Shown here in pieces: positions 24,821-36,749 of a stretch of DNA of 64,000 nucleotides; position 1 is the stretch's first letter; every line of letters begins with the position of its first letter. The position numbers and the translations under genes were made by a program. Source of the DNA: Octopus sinensis (lineage: Eukaryota); NCBI RefSeq assembly GCF_006345805.1, contig NC_043019.1, forward strand, positions 19,529,360 to 19,593,359, written 5' to 3'. The notes under the pieces were generated by a model, which was given only the letters and a program-made list of their open reading frames with translations, ran no database searches and was not told where the DNA came from.

Positions 24821-25405
24821 AGACATGGGATGAGGTGGTCAAGCATGACCTTCAAATGTTGGGCCTCACAGAGGCTATGACGAAAGACCAAGACCTGTGG
24901 AGATATGGTGTGACTGCGAAGGCCTGACAAATGAAGTGAGATCATGGCTCACAGGACGGCTTACTGTGCTAACCTTGGATCGTAGGGTGACCCGCTGTGC
25001 TTGAGGAGACCTATTGAGTCAAGTACATCAACATCAACATCAGAATAAAAATTCAAATGGAAATTGTTGTTATGATACCCGTGCCGGTGGCACGTTAAAA
25101 GCACCATCCGAATGTGGCTGATGCCAGTGCTGCCTGACTAGTGTCCATGTCGGTGACATGTAAAAAGCACCAACCGATCGTGGCCGTTTGCCAGCTTCCT
25201 CTGGCCCCTGTGCTGGTGGCACGTAAAAAGCACCCAATACACTCGTGGAGTAGTTGGCATTAGGAAGGGCATCCAGCTGTAGAAACACTGCTAGATCAGA
25301 CTGGAGCTTGGTGCAGCCTTCTGGCTTCCTAGACCCTAGTCAAACTGTCTAAACCATGCTACCATGGAAAATGGACGTTAAATGATGATGATGATGATGA
25401 TGATA
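24821..25405 (+). mobile_element. 5'-truncated RTE LINE with (GAT)n tail
   Basis: tgggatgaggtggtcaagcatgacc (WDEVVKHDL), conserved 3' UTR and gatgat tail. Confidence 0.8.
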
Positions 25406-25412
25406 TCTTCAG

Positions 25413-26825
25413 CATCATCATCATCATTGTTTAACGTCCACTTTCCATGCTGGCATGGCTTGGATGGTTTGACTGAGGACTGGTAAACTGAGAGGCTGCA
25501 CCAGGCTCCAATCTGATTTGGCAAGGTTTCTACAGCTGGATGCTCTTCCTAACACCAACCACTCCAAGAGTGTAGCGAGTGCTTTTTACATGTCACTGGC
25601 ATGCGGGCCAGTCAGGCAGCACTGGCATCAACCATGCTTGAATGGTGCTTTTTATGTGCCACCAGCATAGAAGCCAGTCAGGCAGCACTGACATCATCCA
25701 CAACTATGATTTCACTTGACTCAATGGGTCTTTTCATTGCCTGACAGTTGAAGGGTACTTTTAAACAGGCCAGTTGTGTGACACTGGCATCAGCCACCGA
25801 TATAATCTCACTTTACTTACCGGATCTTCTCAATCACAGCATATTTCCAAAGGTCTCGGTCACTAGTCATTGCCTCTATGAGGCCCAGTGTTCGAAGGTC
25901 ATGCTTGACCACCCCATCCCATATCTTCCTGGGTCTCCCTCTTCCACAGGTTCCCTTCACTTTTAGGGTGTGACACTTCTTCACACAGCTTTCCTCATCC
26001 ATACGCAACACATGACCATACCAGTGCTGTTGTCTCTCTTGCACACTACATTTGGTGCTTCTTATGTCCAACTTTTCTCTCAAGGCACTTACACTCTGTT
26101 ACGTATGCACACTGACATTACACATCCAGCAGAGCATACTAGCTACATTTCTTTCAAGCCTGCACATGGCTGTTTGCACACATGAATCATACAGTCAACC
26201 TTTCACTCTGAGTGAGAGGCCCTTTGTTACCAGCAGAGGTAGGAACTCTCTGAACTTTGCCCAGATTATTCTTATTCTAGCAGCTACGCTCTCAGAGCAT
26301 CCACCCCTGACTTGGTCACCTAGTTGCCCAATTCCCAGTTGCCTTCTATGTTACAAGTCTGTAATTCCTCCTTCTCATTAAATTACTCAATAAGGGTGTC
26401 CCTAAATTTCTGACCATATAAAGGATCCTTAAGCTTCCACATCCTTTTTTTCCAGATTGGTCTGCATGGCATCCTTCTGGCCTGAAATCTAAAGTCACTA
26501 ATGGTTAGTCTATGTTGGAGGGTACCAGGGAAGGTTTTTGCAATTATGAGCAACCATGTATCTCTCTGTCTGATGAGAATGTAATCGATCTGGCTCACGT
26601 GACCACCCAGTTGAGAGGTTATCAGTTGACTGGCTGACTTCATAAAGCTTCAGCATCATTAGGTTATTCACATCACAAAACTCCAGTAGCCTTGTTTCCC
26701 TCTTTGTTTTGGGAACAAATTCCATGGCCCCATGTACATCATGGAAGATACCTGGCTGCTGCCCAGCTTGTCCATTGATATCACCAGCCATGAAGATGAG
26801 GTCATTGTCATTTGTCTTTGAGGTA
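25413..26825 (-). mobile_element. Internally deleted RTE LINE (APE remnants plus RT C-terminus plus 3' UTR)
   Basis: WYGHVLRMDEE...GRGRPRKIWDGVVKHDL; APE remnants AGDING, LLEFCDVNNL, SQIDYILIR; (CAT)n at 25413-25426. Confidence 0.85.
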
Positions 26826-26836
26826 GCCTACAGAAG

Positions 26837-26897
<61 letters not shown>

Positions 26898-27549
26898 AAG
26901 TAAGATGATGATCGAAATGAATTTGTTCCTCCATTTTCTTATTTGTATATATATATGCATATATATAATAACAAAATAATAAATAAAACATATGCATATA
27001 TACATACATATATGTACGTACCTACATCTGCATGTATATATACATGCATATATGGGTACAGGACACAAAAAAAAATCGTCGAACAAAATGAGAAACGAAA
27101 ACATAAACACAAAACCAAGGAAATGGACATTTTTGTTAAACCACGAAAAAACAGAGTACAAGACATACAACACAAGGAAAATTTCCCTTCTTCAGCCGCC
27201 TCTGTTTTGTCTACTCCGTGTTTCGAAGGTAAAGGTGAGACACGATTTCGTTGAAACATTCCTTCCTGCAAAAGCAAATTAAATAAAATTTGAGATTTTT
27301 TGCAGAGGGGTAAAAAATGGTAACAAAAACAAGGCAGTAAAAACAATACAAATAAAAACAGTAAAAGACAGGACAAGGAGAATAACAGTAACACAAACAT
27401 TAAGGGCTGAACGAATGAAAAAATATTTTGAACACTTTGAGAATGGCGAGAGAGACAGAGAATGCATTTGTTTTTATTATTTTGTTATTATATGATAGAA
27501 CGCACGCATCCACTTCTAAGTAAGTTTTATCTTAATATATTTATATATA

Positions 27550-28155
27550 TACTAGCAGTAATACCCATCGTTCATCGGGTAATTACTTTTACTCTTTCTC
27601 AGGAGTCACATTCAAAGTATTATTATATATATAATAGATTTCTCAACGGGGATGTCAGGGGAGAGTTTCAGGGAGACGCTGGCGACGTATTGTGATGATC
27701 AAAAATCCGGCCTGCTAAAATTTGGTTAAAGTGATTCAAACTGCAGACTCAATGCAAAATGGTCACATTTAATTCAAAGCGTTAAAAATGTTATGAAAAT
27801 AATTGGTATGTGTTCACAAAGTCCAAATGATTAATACGAAAAAACCCTCCAGTCTACATCCCGAAAATTCATTTCTTTGCTGAATTTCTACAATGTTTAC
27901 GGCGATTCGTTTTTATATCTTGATTTTTTATTTTTCATGCAATTTACGCATGCTTGCACGCATGGTGAACATAGTTCACGTCAAACAGCTGACTGAGTAA
28001 AGTTCACTATTCAATGCATGGGAATTTCGGAACAGAAATAGCGCAGTTCAATTTTCATTCGCCTAAACTTTAAGTGACCCATTTTTGGTGGTTCTACAAT
28101 TTGTTGGCTAGGAGGAGATGTGCCGGGAATTTAAACACACAGACACACAAGTTGA

Positions 28156-28190
<35 letters not shown>
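27550..28190 (+). mobile_element. Non-autonomous Helitron-like (Lep1/HINE-type) element
   Basis: Starts TACTAGCAGT with a CCC..GGG hairpin and ends acagacacacaa..ttttatatatat; same architecture as 57936-58331. Confidence 0.5.
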
Positions 28191-28192
<2 letters not shown>

Positions 28193-28240
28193 CATAATTA
28201 AATCTCAGAATGAGATTGAAACAGTAATCGCTCGATAATG

Positions 28241-28917
28241 TAAAGTATAGAAGCCATCTTATCATGGCTAACCACATTGGGGAGGGGGTTGTTACTGTAG
28301 CTTTATAGCCCCAAGAGATCTTCGTCTCTAGCTGGCTTTAAACACAATATCTGTGTCTTTGGAGTATTTGCAAAGGGAGGCCATCCCTTCCTCGCAAGCC
28401 TGAGTGATACGCTCGAACTAGTTTCGGGATGTTTGTCCCTCATCAACGGGCGGCAACCACCAGGTAGCGATGAAAGAGAAGGTTCCTTTGCAAATAGATA
28501 TAAGTTTTTCTAGTGGCGTCTGCCACTGATGTCGAAAAACGAGCAGTAAGCATAATTAAATCTCAGAATGAGATTGAAACAGTATTTAATTATGAGATTT
28601 AATTATGCTTACTGTTCGTTTTTCGACATCAGTGGCAGACGCCACTAGAAAAACTTATATATATTTGCAAAGGAGCCTTCTCTTTCATCGCTACCTGGTG
28701 GTTGCCGCCCATTGACGAGGGACAACAATCCCGAAACTAGTTCGAGCGTATCACTCAGGCTAGCGAGGAAGGGATGGCCTCCCTTTGCAAATACTCTAAG
28801 GACACTGATATTGTGTTTAGAGCCAGCTAGAGACGAAGATCTCTTGGGGCTATAAAGCTACAGTAACAACCCCCTCCCCAATGTGGTTAGCCATGATAAG
28901 ATGGCTTCTATACTTTA
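28241..28917. repeat. 677-bp fold-back with 325-bp inverted arms and a 27-bp spacer (inverted PLE pseudo-LTR pair)
   Basis: Arms 28241-28565 and 28593-28917, roughly 95% complementary by eye. Confidence 0.92.
28706..28748 (+). ncRNA. Minimal type I hammerhead motif, C3U variant (antisense copy at 28410-28452)
   Basis: cgccca-TTGACGA-GGGA-caacaa-TCCC-GAA-ACTAGT-T-cgagcg, with a palindromic stem III. Confidence 0.7.
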
Positions 28918-28980
28918 TATATATATATTTTTTTCTTTTTACTCTGTCTTCCTTTTCTTTTGAATTTTCCTCTGTTTCCT

Positions 28981-29015
28981 TTTTCTGAAGAAGAGCTTTG
29001 TTCAAAATGTAAAAC
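28981..29015 (+). ncRNA. Decayed minimal hammerhead motif in a PLE pseudo-LTR fragment
   Basis: tttt-CTGAAGA-A-GAGC-ttt-GTTC-AAAAT-GTA-aaa; CpG-type decay of GCTC-GAAAC. Confidence 0.5.
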
Positions 29016-29199
29016 ACCTTTCTTTCCGTCCCTAATCATCTTATTAATACTTTGCATGTACCACTTACTTGTGTTGTTGATTTTTTTCTTGTGTTTTTTC
29101 TGCTTTTTTTTTTAGTATATATATATATATATATATACAATTGGCCCATTTAAGAGTAGCCTTCAATCATTGGGCAATAAACTGCGCTTGCAAAGACCT

Positions 29200-29447
29200 G
29201 TTGAATCAAGTGAAGTCATTGCCGTGGTCGATGACAGTACCGCCTGATTGCTACCCATGCCGGTGGCATGTAAAAAGCACCCACTACACTCTCAGAGTGG
29301 TTGGCGTTAGGAAGGGCATCCAGCTGTAGAAACCTTGCCAGATCAGATTGGAGCCTGGTGCAGCCTTCTGGCTTGCCACCCCTCAGTCAAACCGTCCAAC
29401 CCATGCCAGCATGGAAAGCGGACGTGAAACAAGGATGATGATGATGA
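29200..29447 (+). mobile_element. RTE-type 3' UTR copy with (GAT)n tail
   Basis: Conserved block aaaaagcacccactacactc...ggaagggcatccagctgtagaaac. Confidence 0.8.
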
Positions 29448-30396
29448 TATATATGTGTGTGTTGAATGTATATGGAAGAAAAGCATAACCAGCAGTTTGC
29501 AGTTATCCAATCACTTAATAATTTACAGTTATATAATATTTTGCAGAGAAATGCAAATAAACATAAAAATTGTATTTCTCTTCAATATATTATATAAATA
29601 TAAATACATTATAAATTGATTTGCTACCTGTTAACTACCTGTTAATGCTTTTCTTCTTTTACACTGACTCGATTGATATATTGCCTCTAGCTAATCTTCA
29701 TTTAGGCAAGTAACATATCTTTACCCTTAGCACTGAAATGCAGGGAAAAATTTGGATTGCCCCCCCCCCCCCGGGGGTTTGTAACATTGTGCGTTGATAA
29801 ATATTTTAGTCATTCAAATTCCAGCATTGTCGATTTTCTTATTTTATTTTGTATTTTTACCATTTTACAATATTACAATATTACAAATATTTCCATGTGT
29901 TACAGACATAACAAAGTAAAATATACAATTTTTCAAAGAAAAACTATATATTTTCTTGTTATTAACATTTTTCAGGTAAATGTTTATTTAGTATAGTATT
30001 AATAAACAGCTAAGTGTTTCACATTTGACAATTGTTATGAAATGACTTGAATCTTTCTTTTTTTTTTTTTTGTTAAATCATAATGGTTTACATTTCAAGT
30101 GAAGTTAGAAGAGAATTTTATTGGGAAGCCTAAAGCCATTCTCAAAATAGGGAAAAGAAGAAGAAAATCAATTTTGATTTAAATTTAATTTTAATCGAAT
30201 TGTAAGTAACATTTCTTTATTGCCCACAAGGGGTTAAACACAGAGAGGACAAATAGGACAGACAAACGGATTAAGTCGGTTGTATCGACCCCAGTACGTA
30301 ACTATATTATTAATAACAGTATTATTTTTTGCGGAGATGTACTCGCATAGCAAGTGATTTGATCTGAGATCATGTACTGGAACGAAAACAATTGCA

Positions 30397-30656
30397 GCGT
30401 GGAAGGTGTTTGTAAGCCATTTAAGAAACACACAAAAGCCATTTAAGAAACACACAACATTCACTTCAACATTTAAGTTTAATTTGTCAAAATATTTTCG
30501 TCGCTTTAAGACCGTGACCTGTTCACTGACAAAAATCCATGCTGCACGGATTTTTGTCAGTGAACAGGTCACGGTCTTAAAGCAATGAAAATATTTTGAA
30601 AAATTAAATTGAACGGCTTTTGTGTTTCTTAAATGGCTTATAAACACCTTCCACGC
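30397..30656. repeat. About 260-bp imperfect palindrome centred at 30543
   Basis: Near-perfect inner arms taagaccgtgacctgttcactgacaaaaatcc and ggatttttgtcagtgaacaggtcacggtctta; outer arms resume after an indel. Confidence 0.9.
30483..30533 (-). ncRNA. Minimal hammerhead motif with G3:C8 core swap (decayed sense copy at 30553-30603)
   Basis: tttgtca-GTGAACA-G-gtcac-ggtcttaaa-gcgac-GAA-AATATT-T-tgacaaa. Confidence 0.6.
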
Positions 30657-31102
30657 AACAGTATTATTAATTTGCACTTTCTCTGATTGGTTAAAATGTT
30701 TCTGTAAAGAAATGCAGTCAACATCATCCGTGATTCCATGTTCATCAAACTGTATGATTTAAAGGAAATATTCAGTTATTTCACTGCAGCTGTCAAATGT
30801 GGAGCACAAAAACAGTTTATCAACGCTACTACTACATAAACATTTGCCTGCAAAGTGTTGATACAACAAGAAAATACACAGCTTTTATAATATATATTCA
30901 CAAGGCATTGATTGGCCTGAGTAGTGTCATGTAGTGGAACTGAACCCAAGACCACATGGTTGGGAAGCTCGCTTCTTAACCTCACAGCTACACCAACAAT
31001 TAAATAATAAAGTAAAAAATAAATCATATTTCTAATCATTGGAAAATAAAGGAAACAAAAAACTTTTCATTTCTTTCCTCATATTTTATATTTCTATTTC
31101 AG

Positions 31103-31122
31103 AACTTTCTGACGACCACTAA
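31103..31122 (+). CDS. TRANK1: Probable terminal coding exon of the TRANK1-like gene (ELSDDH-stop), followed by 3' UTR
   Basis: Strong acceptor (atattttatatttctatttcag). Phase 1 gives E-L-S-D-D-H-TAA and makes the total CDS 3918 nt, divisible by 3. No homology support. Confidence 0.5.
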
Positions 31123-31698
31123 AGCCTGGATCGGAACTGAGATAACTGTCTGTGTTCATTGACACAGAAGTGCAAGTACAGCAGAAGAATTCTTTTGAAG
31201 GATTGAAGAATGAAACTATAAACAATGGCATATCTACAGGAATGCAGGATGTCGTCAGTAATGGTGCTACAGTTTTGATGTCAGCCTACACAGTAACAGA
31301 TGTGTGTGTATATATATATATATCTGCTTCTAGCAGAAAGACTGCCCTCGGGGTGGTTTTCTGCTAGCCCCTTGATAATATTTTCACATTTGATTCCTAC
31401 TTCTAATAATTTTTAGCCTTTGCTGTTAAATGTTCTTTTACAGCTACATATTTTGGTGTTCTTTCGGTTGAACCTGCAGAAATGCCAAAATTAACAGCTG
31501 GTTTTGTTCATTAATTTTTGTAAAAAATTTTTTATTCATTTACTTGTTTTAAAGTGAAAGAGAGGGAAAAATTTTAAAGTGAAAGACGTATGTATGTGCA
31601 TATGAAATGGACGAGAGGGAGAGAGAAGGAGTGAGTGAAGGGGTGTGTTGTCATGTATACATATATACATAAATATGCATACTTCTTTTTTGTATGTA

Positions 31699-31734
<36 letters not shown>

Positions 31735-32380
31735 GGAGAGAGTGCCACTTAGACATCATTTTCTCTCCCTCTCTCTCTCTCACTCACACACACACATGCA
31801 CACATACATAAATGTATGCAAATGTACATATACAAACACATGCATGTGTGGCTGACTGCAAATACATAGAGACAGAGAGAGAGAGAGAGAACATTGTAAA
31901 CAACGAATGAAATAAACATGAAATGAAAAAAGCTCGTTAAAAACTATCTTCTACTGAATATTTAAATTTCTGAACTTGAAATATTGAACTTAAAAGTAAG
32001 TTCAGAAAATAAATTTCTTTGAAAACTTCAATTTATAAAAAATCTCACTTGCTTAGTAAATATTTCTGTCAGTAATTTATCATAGTTGTTTGCAAATAGC
32101 AAAATTAAAACTTGAAATGAAAACATTAAAATAGAGAGTGAGAGGTTTCACAAATGAAAACGGAAAATTTCGCTGTTGCTATGTCAATACTGGAAGTTGA
32201 CATTAAAGAACCTTTTAAAAGAAGTGAATTATAAATATAAAGCAATATTATTTATTTTTAATAAAAACAAACTGATGACCCTATTATGTAATCTGAGTTC
32301 AAATTATTCAGGCATTCCAAGTGTGGAACCAATTCGCATTGATGTTTTCATATAGAAAGCAAATATACACAGGTCTATTT

Positions 32381-32460
<80 letters not shown>

Positions 32461-32462
32461 GT

Positions 32463-32539
<77 letters not shown>

Positions 32540-32889
32540 GTCTGATGTCCACAGCAAGTTATGATTTTATCTCCTTTATCTTCCGTACCTCGTACAACAT
32601 ACATTCATTCGCCGCAACCGTTAAATGTTTGAACTTATACAGTAACTTGCTTTGCTTTCCTATCTTTCTCCATCTTCCGCCTGCCCTTCCCACCCCCACC
32701 ACCAATACCGGTTATCTCTATATTTTTGCTCCATCTATACCGGATGTCGCTTCTCCCACCACCATTATAGGTGTCTTCTATACGCTATTTCACCATGCAT
32801 TACCCCTCTAGTGATATCCTACGTTCTACTTGTCTAGAACCTGTCATCGCTTCTCCGAACACCCCTCCCCACTGGTGCTCCCCTATATT

Positions 32890-33675
32890 CCTGCACCTCC
32901 CCCACATAAAAAGCACCATCCGAACGTGGCCGATGCCAGCACCGCCCCGACTGGCTTCTGTGCAGGTGGCACATAAAAAGCACCAACCGACCGTGGCCGA
33001 TGCCAGACCCCTCTGGCACCTGTGCAGGTGGCACATAAAAAGCACCCACTACACTCGCGGAGTGGTTGGCGTTAGGAAGGGCATCCAGCTGTAGAAACAC
33101 TGCCAGACCAGACTGGAGCCTGGGGCAGCCCCTGGCTCCCCAGACCCCGGTCGAACCGTCCAACCTATGCTAGTGCGGAAAACGGACGTTAAACGATGAT
33201 GATGATGATGATGATATATAATCAAACCAAATCATATCAGAAAGCAGAACCAAAATCAAAGTCGATCAACATCAATGGAAATTGCAGCTGTGATACCAGT
33301 GCTGGTGACAAGTAAGCGAACCATCCGATCGTGGCCGTTGCCAGCGCCGCCCCGACTGGCCTCCTTGCCGGTGGCACGTAAAAAGCACCATCCGTTCGTG
33401 GCCGTTGCCAGCCTCGCCTGGCCCCCATGCTGGTGGCACGTAAAAAGCACCATCCGTCCGTGGCCGTTTGCCAGCTCCGTCTGGCACCTGTGTGGGTGAC
33501 ATGTAAAAAGCACCCACTACACTCACAGAGTGGTTGGCGTTAGGAAGGGCATCCAGCCGTAGAAACAGTGCCAGATCAGACTGGGCCTGATGCAGCTTTC
33601 TAGCTTCCCAGACCCCAGTTGAACCGTCCAACCCATGCTAGCATGGAAAGCGGACACTAAATGATGATGGTGATG
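32890..33675 (+). mobile_element. Two head-to-tail RTE-type 3' UTR copies (tails at about 33213 and 33675)
   Basis: Repeated ggcacgtaaaaagcacc blocks, each copy ending in gatgat. Confidence 0.85.
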
Positions 33676-34559
33676 ATATCAGAACTGAAATCATGCTAAG
33701 ATCAATTTTCCTTCTGCCCTCCTGAGGTCGATAAAATAAAGTACCACTGGAGTGCTGGGGCAGATGGAATCAATCAACTCCACACAAATTTCTTGCCTTA
33801 TAATTAGAAATCAGGTATTATTAGTATTATTAAAGTGGTAAGCTGGCAGAATGGTTAGCATGCCAGACAAAGTGCTTTGCAGCATTTTGTCTGCCTTTAC
33901 ATTCTGAGTTCAAATTCTGCCAAGTTCACTTTGCTTTTCATCATTTTAGGGTCATTGAAATAATTACCAGTTGAATACTGGAGCTAATGTAATTGATTAG
34001 CACCCCCCACCCCCCAATTTCTGGCCTCGTGCCTTTTGTAGAAAAGATCATTATTATTCCTCTTAACAATAGGTCTTTGTATTTGGTTTTGCCTTGATTG
34101 CACAGTCCTCTCTTCCATTTGGGCCCAAATGCCCCGATTATGTTGTCTTCCCATTCTCTTGGAGGCCTGGAGATCTCTTCAGATCCGTTGGATACCACTC
34201 AACAGCCTCCTGCTGTCAGCCAACTTTCTGACTTGTCTTCTCTTGCAGATCTTCTGTTTTCACTCTTTCCTGATGTCTTTTGCTCTTTTCTCAAATTATT
34301 TCCTTTTGGATTTTGTCCCTCATTGATATTCTCGGCATGGATCCTTCCATGGCTGTCTGTGTTGTTTTTGCTTCTTTGTTGCAGCCCATGTTCATTCGTG
34401 TATAAGAGTCCAGTTAGTGTAGTACTACTGAAGAGATTAACATACAGTGTCCTGCCCAGCCGTGCTTTGAGCACATCTTTACTGATGATAATCAGCTTCC
34501 ATCCAATTCACTCTCCCAGATTTTAGATTTTTTTTTTTTTACAAAGCCTGATTTAGTCT

Positions 34560-35495
34560 TTACTAATTTTTTCAAACGTTTTTCAATTTTTGTAAAATTG
34601 AAACATTAAAATCAAAATATGCTCTTTCTAGCTCCAAACTATATGAAAGGATTGCAAGCGAGAAGTGCCAGTTTGTTTCACACTCTCTGGAGCCCATAGT
34701 TGGGAGCAGTAGTAGTCCAAGTGGCTGAGAATGAAAGTCCTCCATAGGAGTAGCAAGGTTCCTGATTCTGAATGTCCTCAGAATCCAGCCAGCCACTCTT
34801 TCACAGTGTTGCTATCTTGGTAATATGCACATAGAATGTTGTCTCATAGCTCATGTGAACCTCCAGGTCACGCACCGACTCTGACTCTGGGATCGTATTA
34901 CCTTCTGGTCTAGTGTATTGGACTACTTGGACTACTACTGCTCCCAACTATGGGCTCCAGAGAGTGTGAAACAAACTGTGGAACACGAAGCAATCCATCG
35001 TCAATGCACAAAGAAGACTGACTTGATGCAAAAGATGGGCAACTGGGAAAGGCTAAAGGGGCTGAGTCTTTATTCCCTGGAGAGAAAACGAGAGAGATAT
35101 GTGGTGATACATATTTGGAAGATCTTGGAGGGTTTAGTGCCCAGTTTTGGAATTGACAGCTATACCAATCCTTGAACTGGATGACACTGCATCATAACAA
35201 AGATCCCGTCTTCCCCATCTAAAACAAGCACACAGTACTGCAATAGTCTGGGTTTCAAGGGCCCACAATTGTTCAACATCCTGCCAGGCAACCTTGATGT
35301 TGATGTGGAAGTTTTCAAGGAACATCTGGACAGGTTTCTGTCTGAGATACCACATCATTGCAGGAGACGCAAAGAAGAGCCGCTCCGTCCAACTGACCCC
35401 TTCACAAAACCAATACCGGAAACAACACTGAGTGAGTACAGGTGGTGCTCCAGCATGACCTCAACCCTGCGCTGAAACCAGTAAGAGATAAACAT
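34560..35495. mobile_element. CR1-type LINE 3' end with an inverted 5' segment
   Basis: Minus strand VRDL..AGWILRTFRIRN (34560-34890); plus strand LDYYCSQLWAP...YSLERKRERY..IWKILEG...QLFNILP to the 3' tail. Confidence 0.8.
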
Positions 35496-35700
35496 TATAT
35501 ATACATACAAACATACATACAAACATACATACAAACATATATATATATATACTTCCAGTTTCGGTGGTGGAAGACGTGTGTTTTCGTGCTCTTGAAATAA
35601 TCAAGAGAAATTCCCTAAATCAACCAAACTGACTAAAATATGCAGTAGTTGTTATTTTTTTAACGGTCTACTATAATATATTCGTAAAAGAACCATAGCA

Positions 35701-36097
35701 TATTCTTTTCTACTCTAGGCACAAGGCCCAAAGTTTTGGGGGAGGGACCAGTCGATTAGATCGACTCCATTACACAACTGGTACTTAATTTATCGACCCC
35801 GAAAGAATGAAAGGCAAAGTCGACCTTGGCGGAATTTGAACTCAGAACATAAAGACTGACGAAATACCTATTTCTTTACTACCCACAAGGGGCTTAACAC
35901 AGAGAGGACAAACAAGGACAGACAAACGGATTAAGTCGATTATATTGACCCCAGTGCGTAACTGGTACTTATTTAATCGACCCCGAAAGGATGAAAGGCA
36001 AAGTCGACCTCGGTGGAATTTGAACTCACAACGTAACGGCAGACGAAATACCGCTAAGCATTTCGCCCGGCGCGCTAACGTTTCTGCCAATTCGCCG
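35701..36097 (-). mobile_element. Two tandem tRNA-derived SINE copies (35701-35868 partial, 35869-36097 near full length) with different 3' tails
   Basis: A-box ggcagaaacgttagc, B-box gagttcaaatt, core gtcgaccccgaaag; tails ggccttgtgcctagag and gccccttgtgggtagtaa. Confidence 0.85.
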
Positions 36098-36749
36098 TCT
36101 TAGCTTAGCGACGCAAGCCAGAGTTATCTTAGAAGAAATCACGTGGTGAAAGAAAAATTGATCAACAAACGGCTGTGTGTCGAAAGAAAACGATTTCTTT
36201 TTGAAACAAAGCTGATTCGCACAAGAACAATTGGAATTTTTACCTCTCGGTAATAAGTATCCTTTTTATTTGTTTATTTTGTTTACGGAAAATTTGAGTT
36301 TAATGTTTAGTATGTTTCCAATCCTCCATTTGAAAAAATTTTAAGGCAGAAAATTTGTCCCGAAACCTCTTCCTCCTTGTTTCTAATCTGGGATTCGAAA
36401 ACGCTACCATTTCTCATGTAGCTTCTCCCTCACCCAGCGGCCCTTTTCCTTTCAGACCCTTTTTTCGTTTTCTTTTTACACATGGTCGTTTGTTGATCGT
36501 ACAATTTTTCTTTCACCACCTGATTTCTTCTATGATAACCCTGGCTTGCGTCGCTAACTTTAATATATTAAGCTTTCCCCTCACATCCTCCTTACCTGGT
36601 CTACCCTTCTCTCTTTCATATTTTTCCCTCCTCAAACTCCATCACTTTTTCACATCTTTCTCTCCCCCCCCCCTCTCTCTCTTTCCGCCATCGTATTCCG
36701 TGTAACGTCTCACTTTCACAACCTCTGTTTTTCTGTTTCCTTCATATCT

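Noticed and set aside
27170-27260. Hammerhead-like CTGAAGA and GAAAC on the minus strand
   Set aside because: No stem I pairing in any topology.
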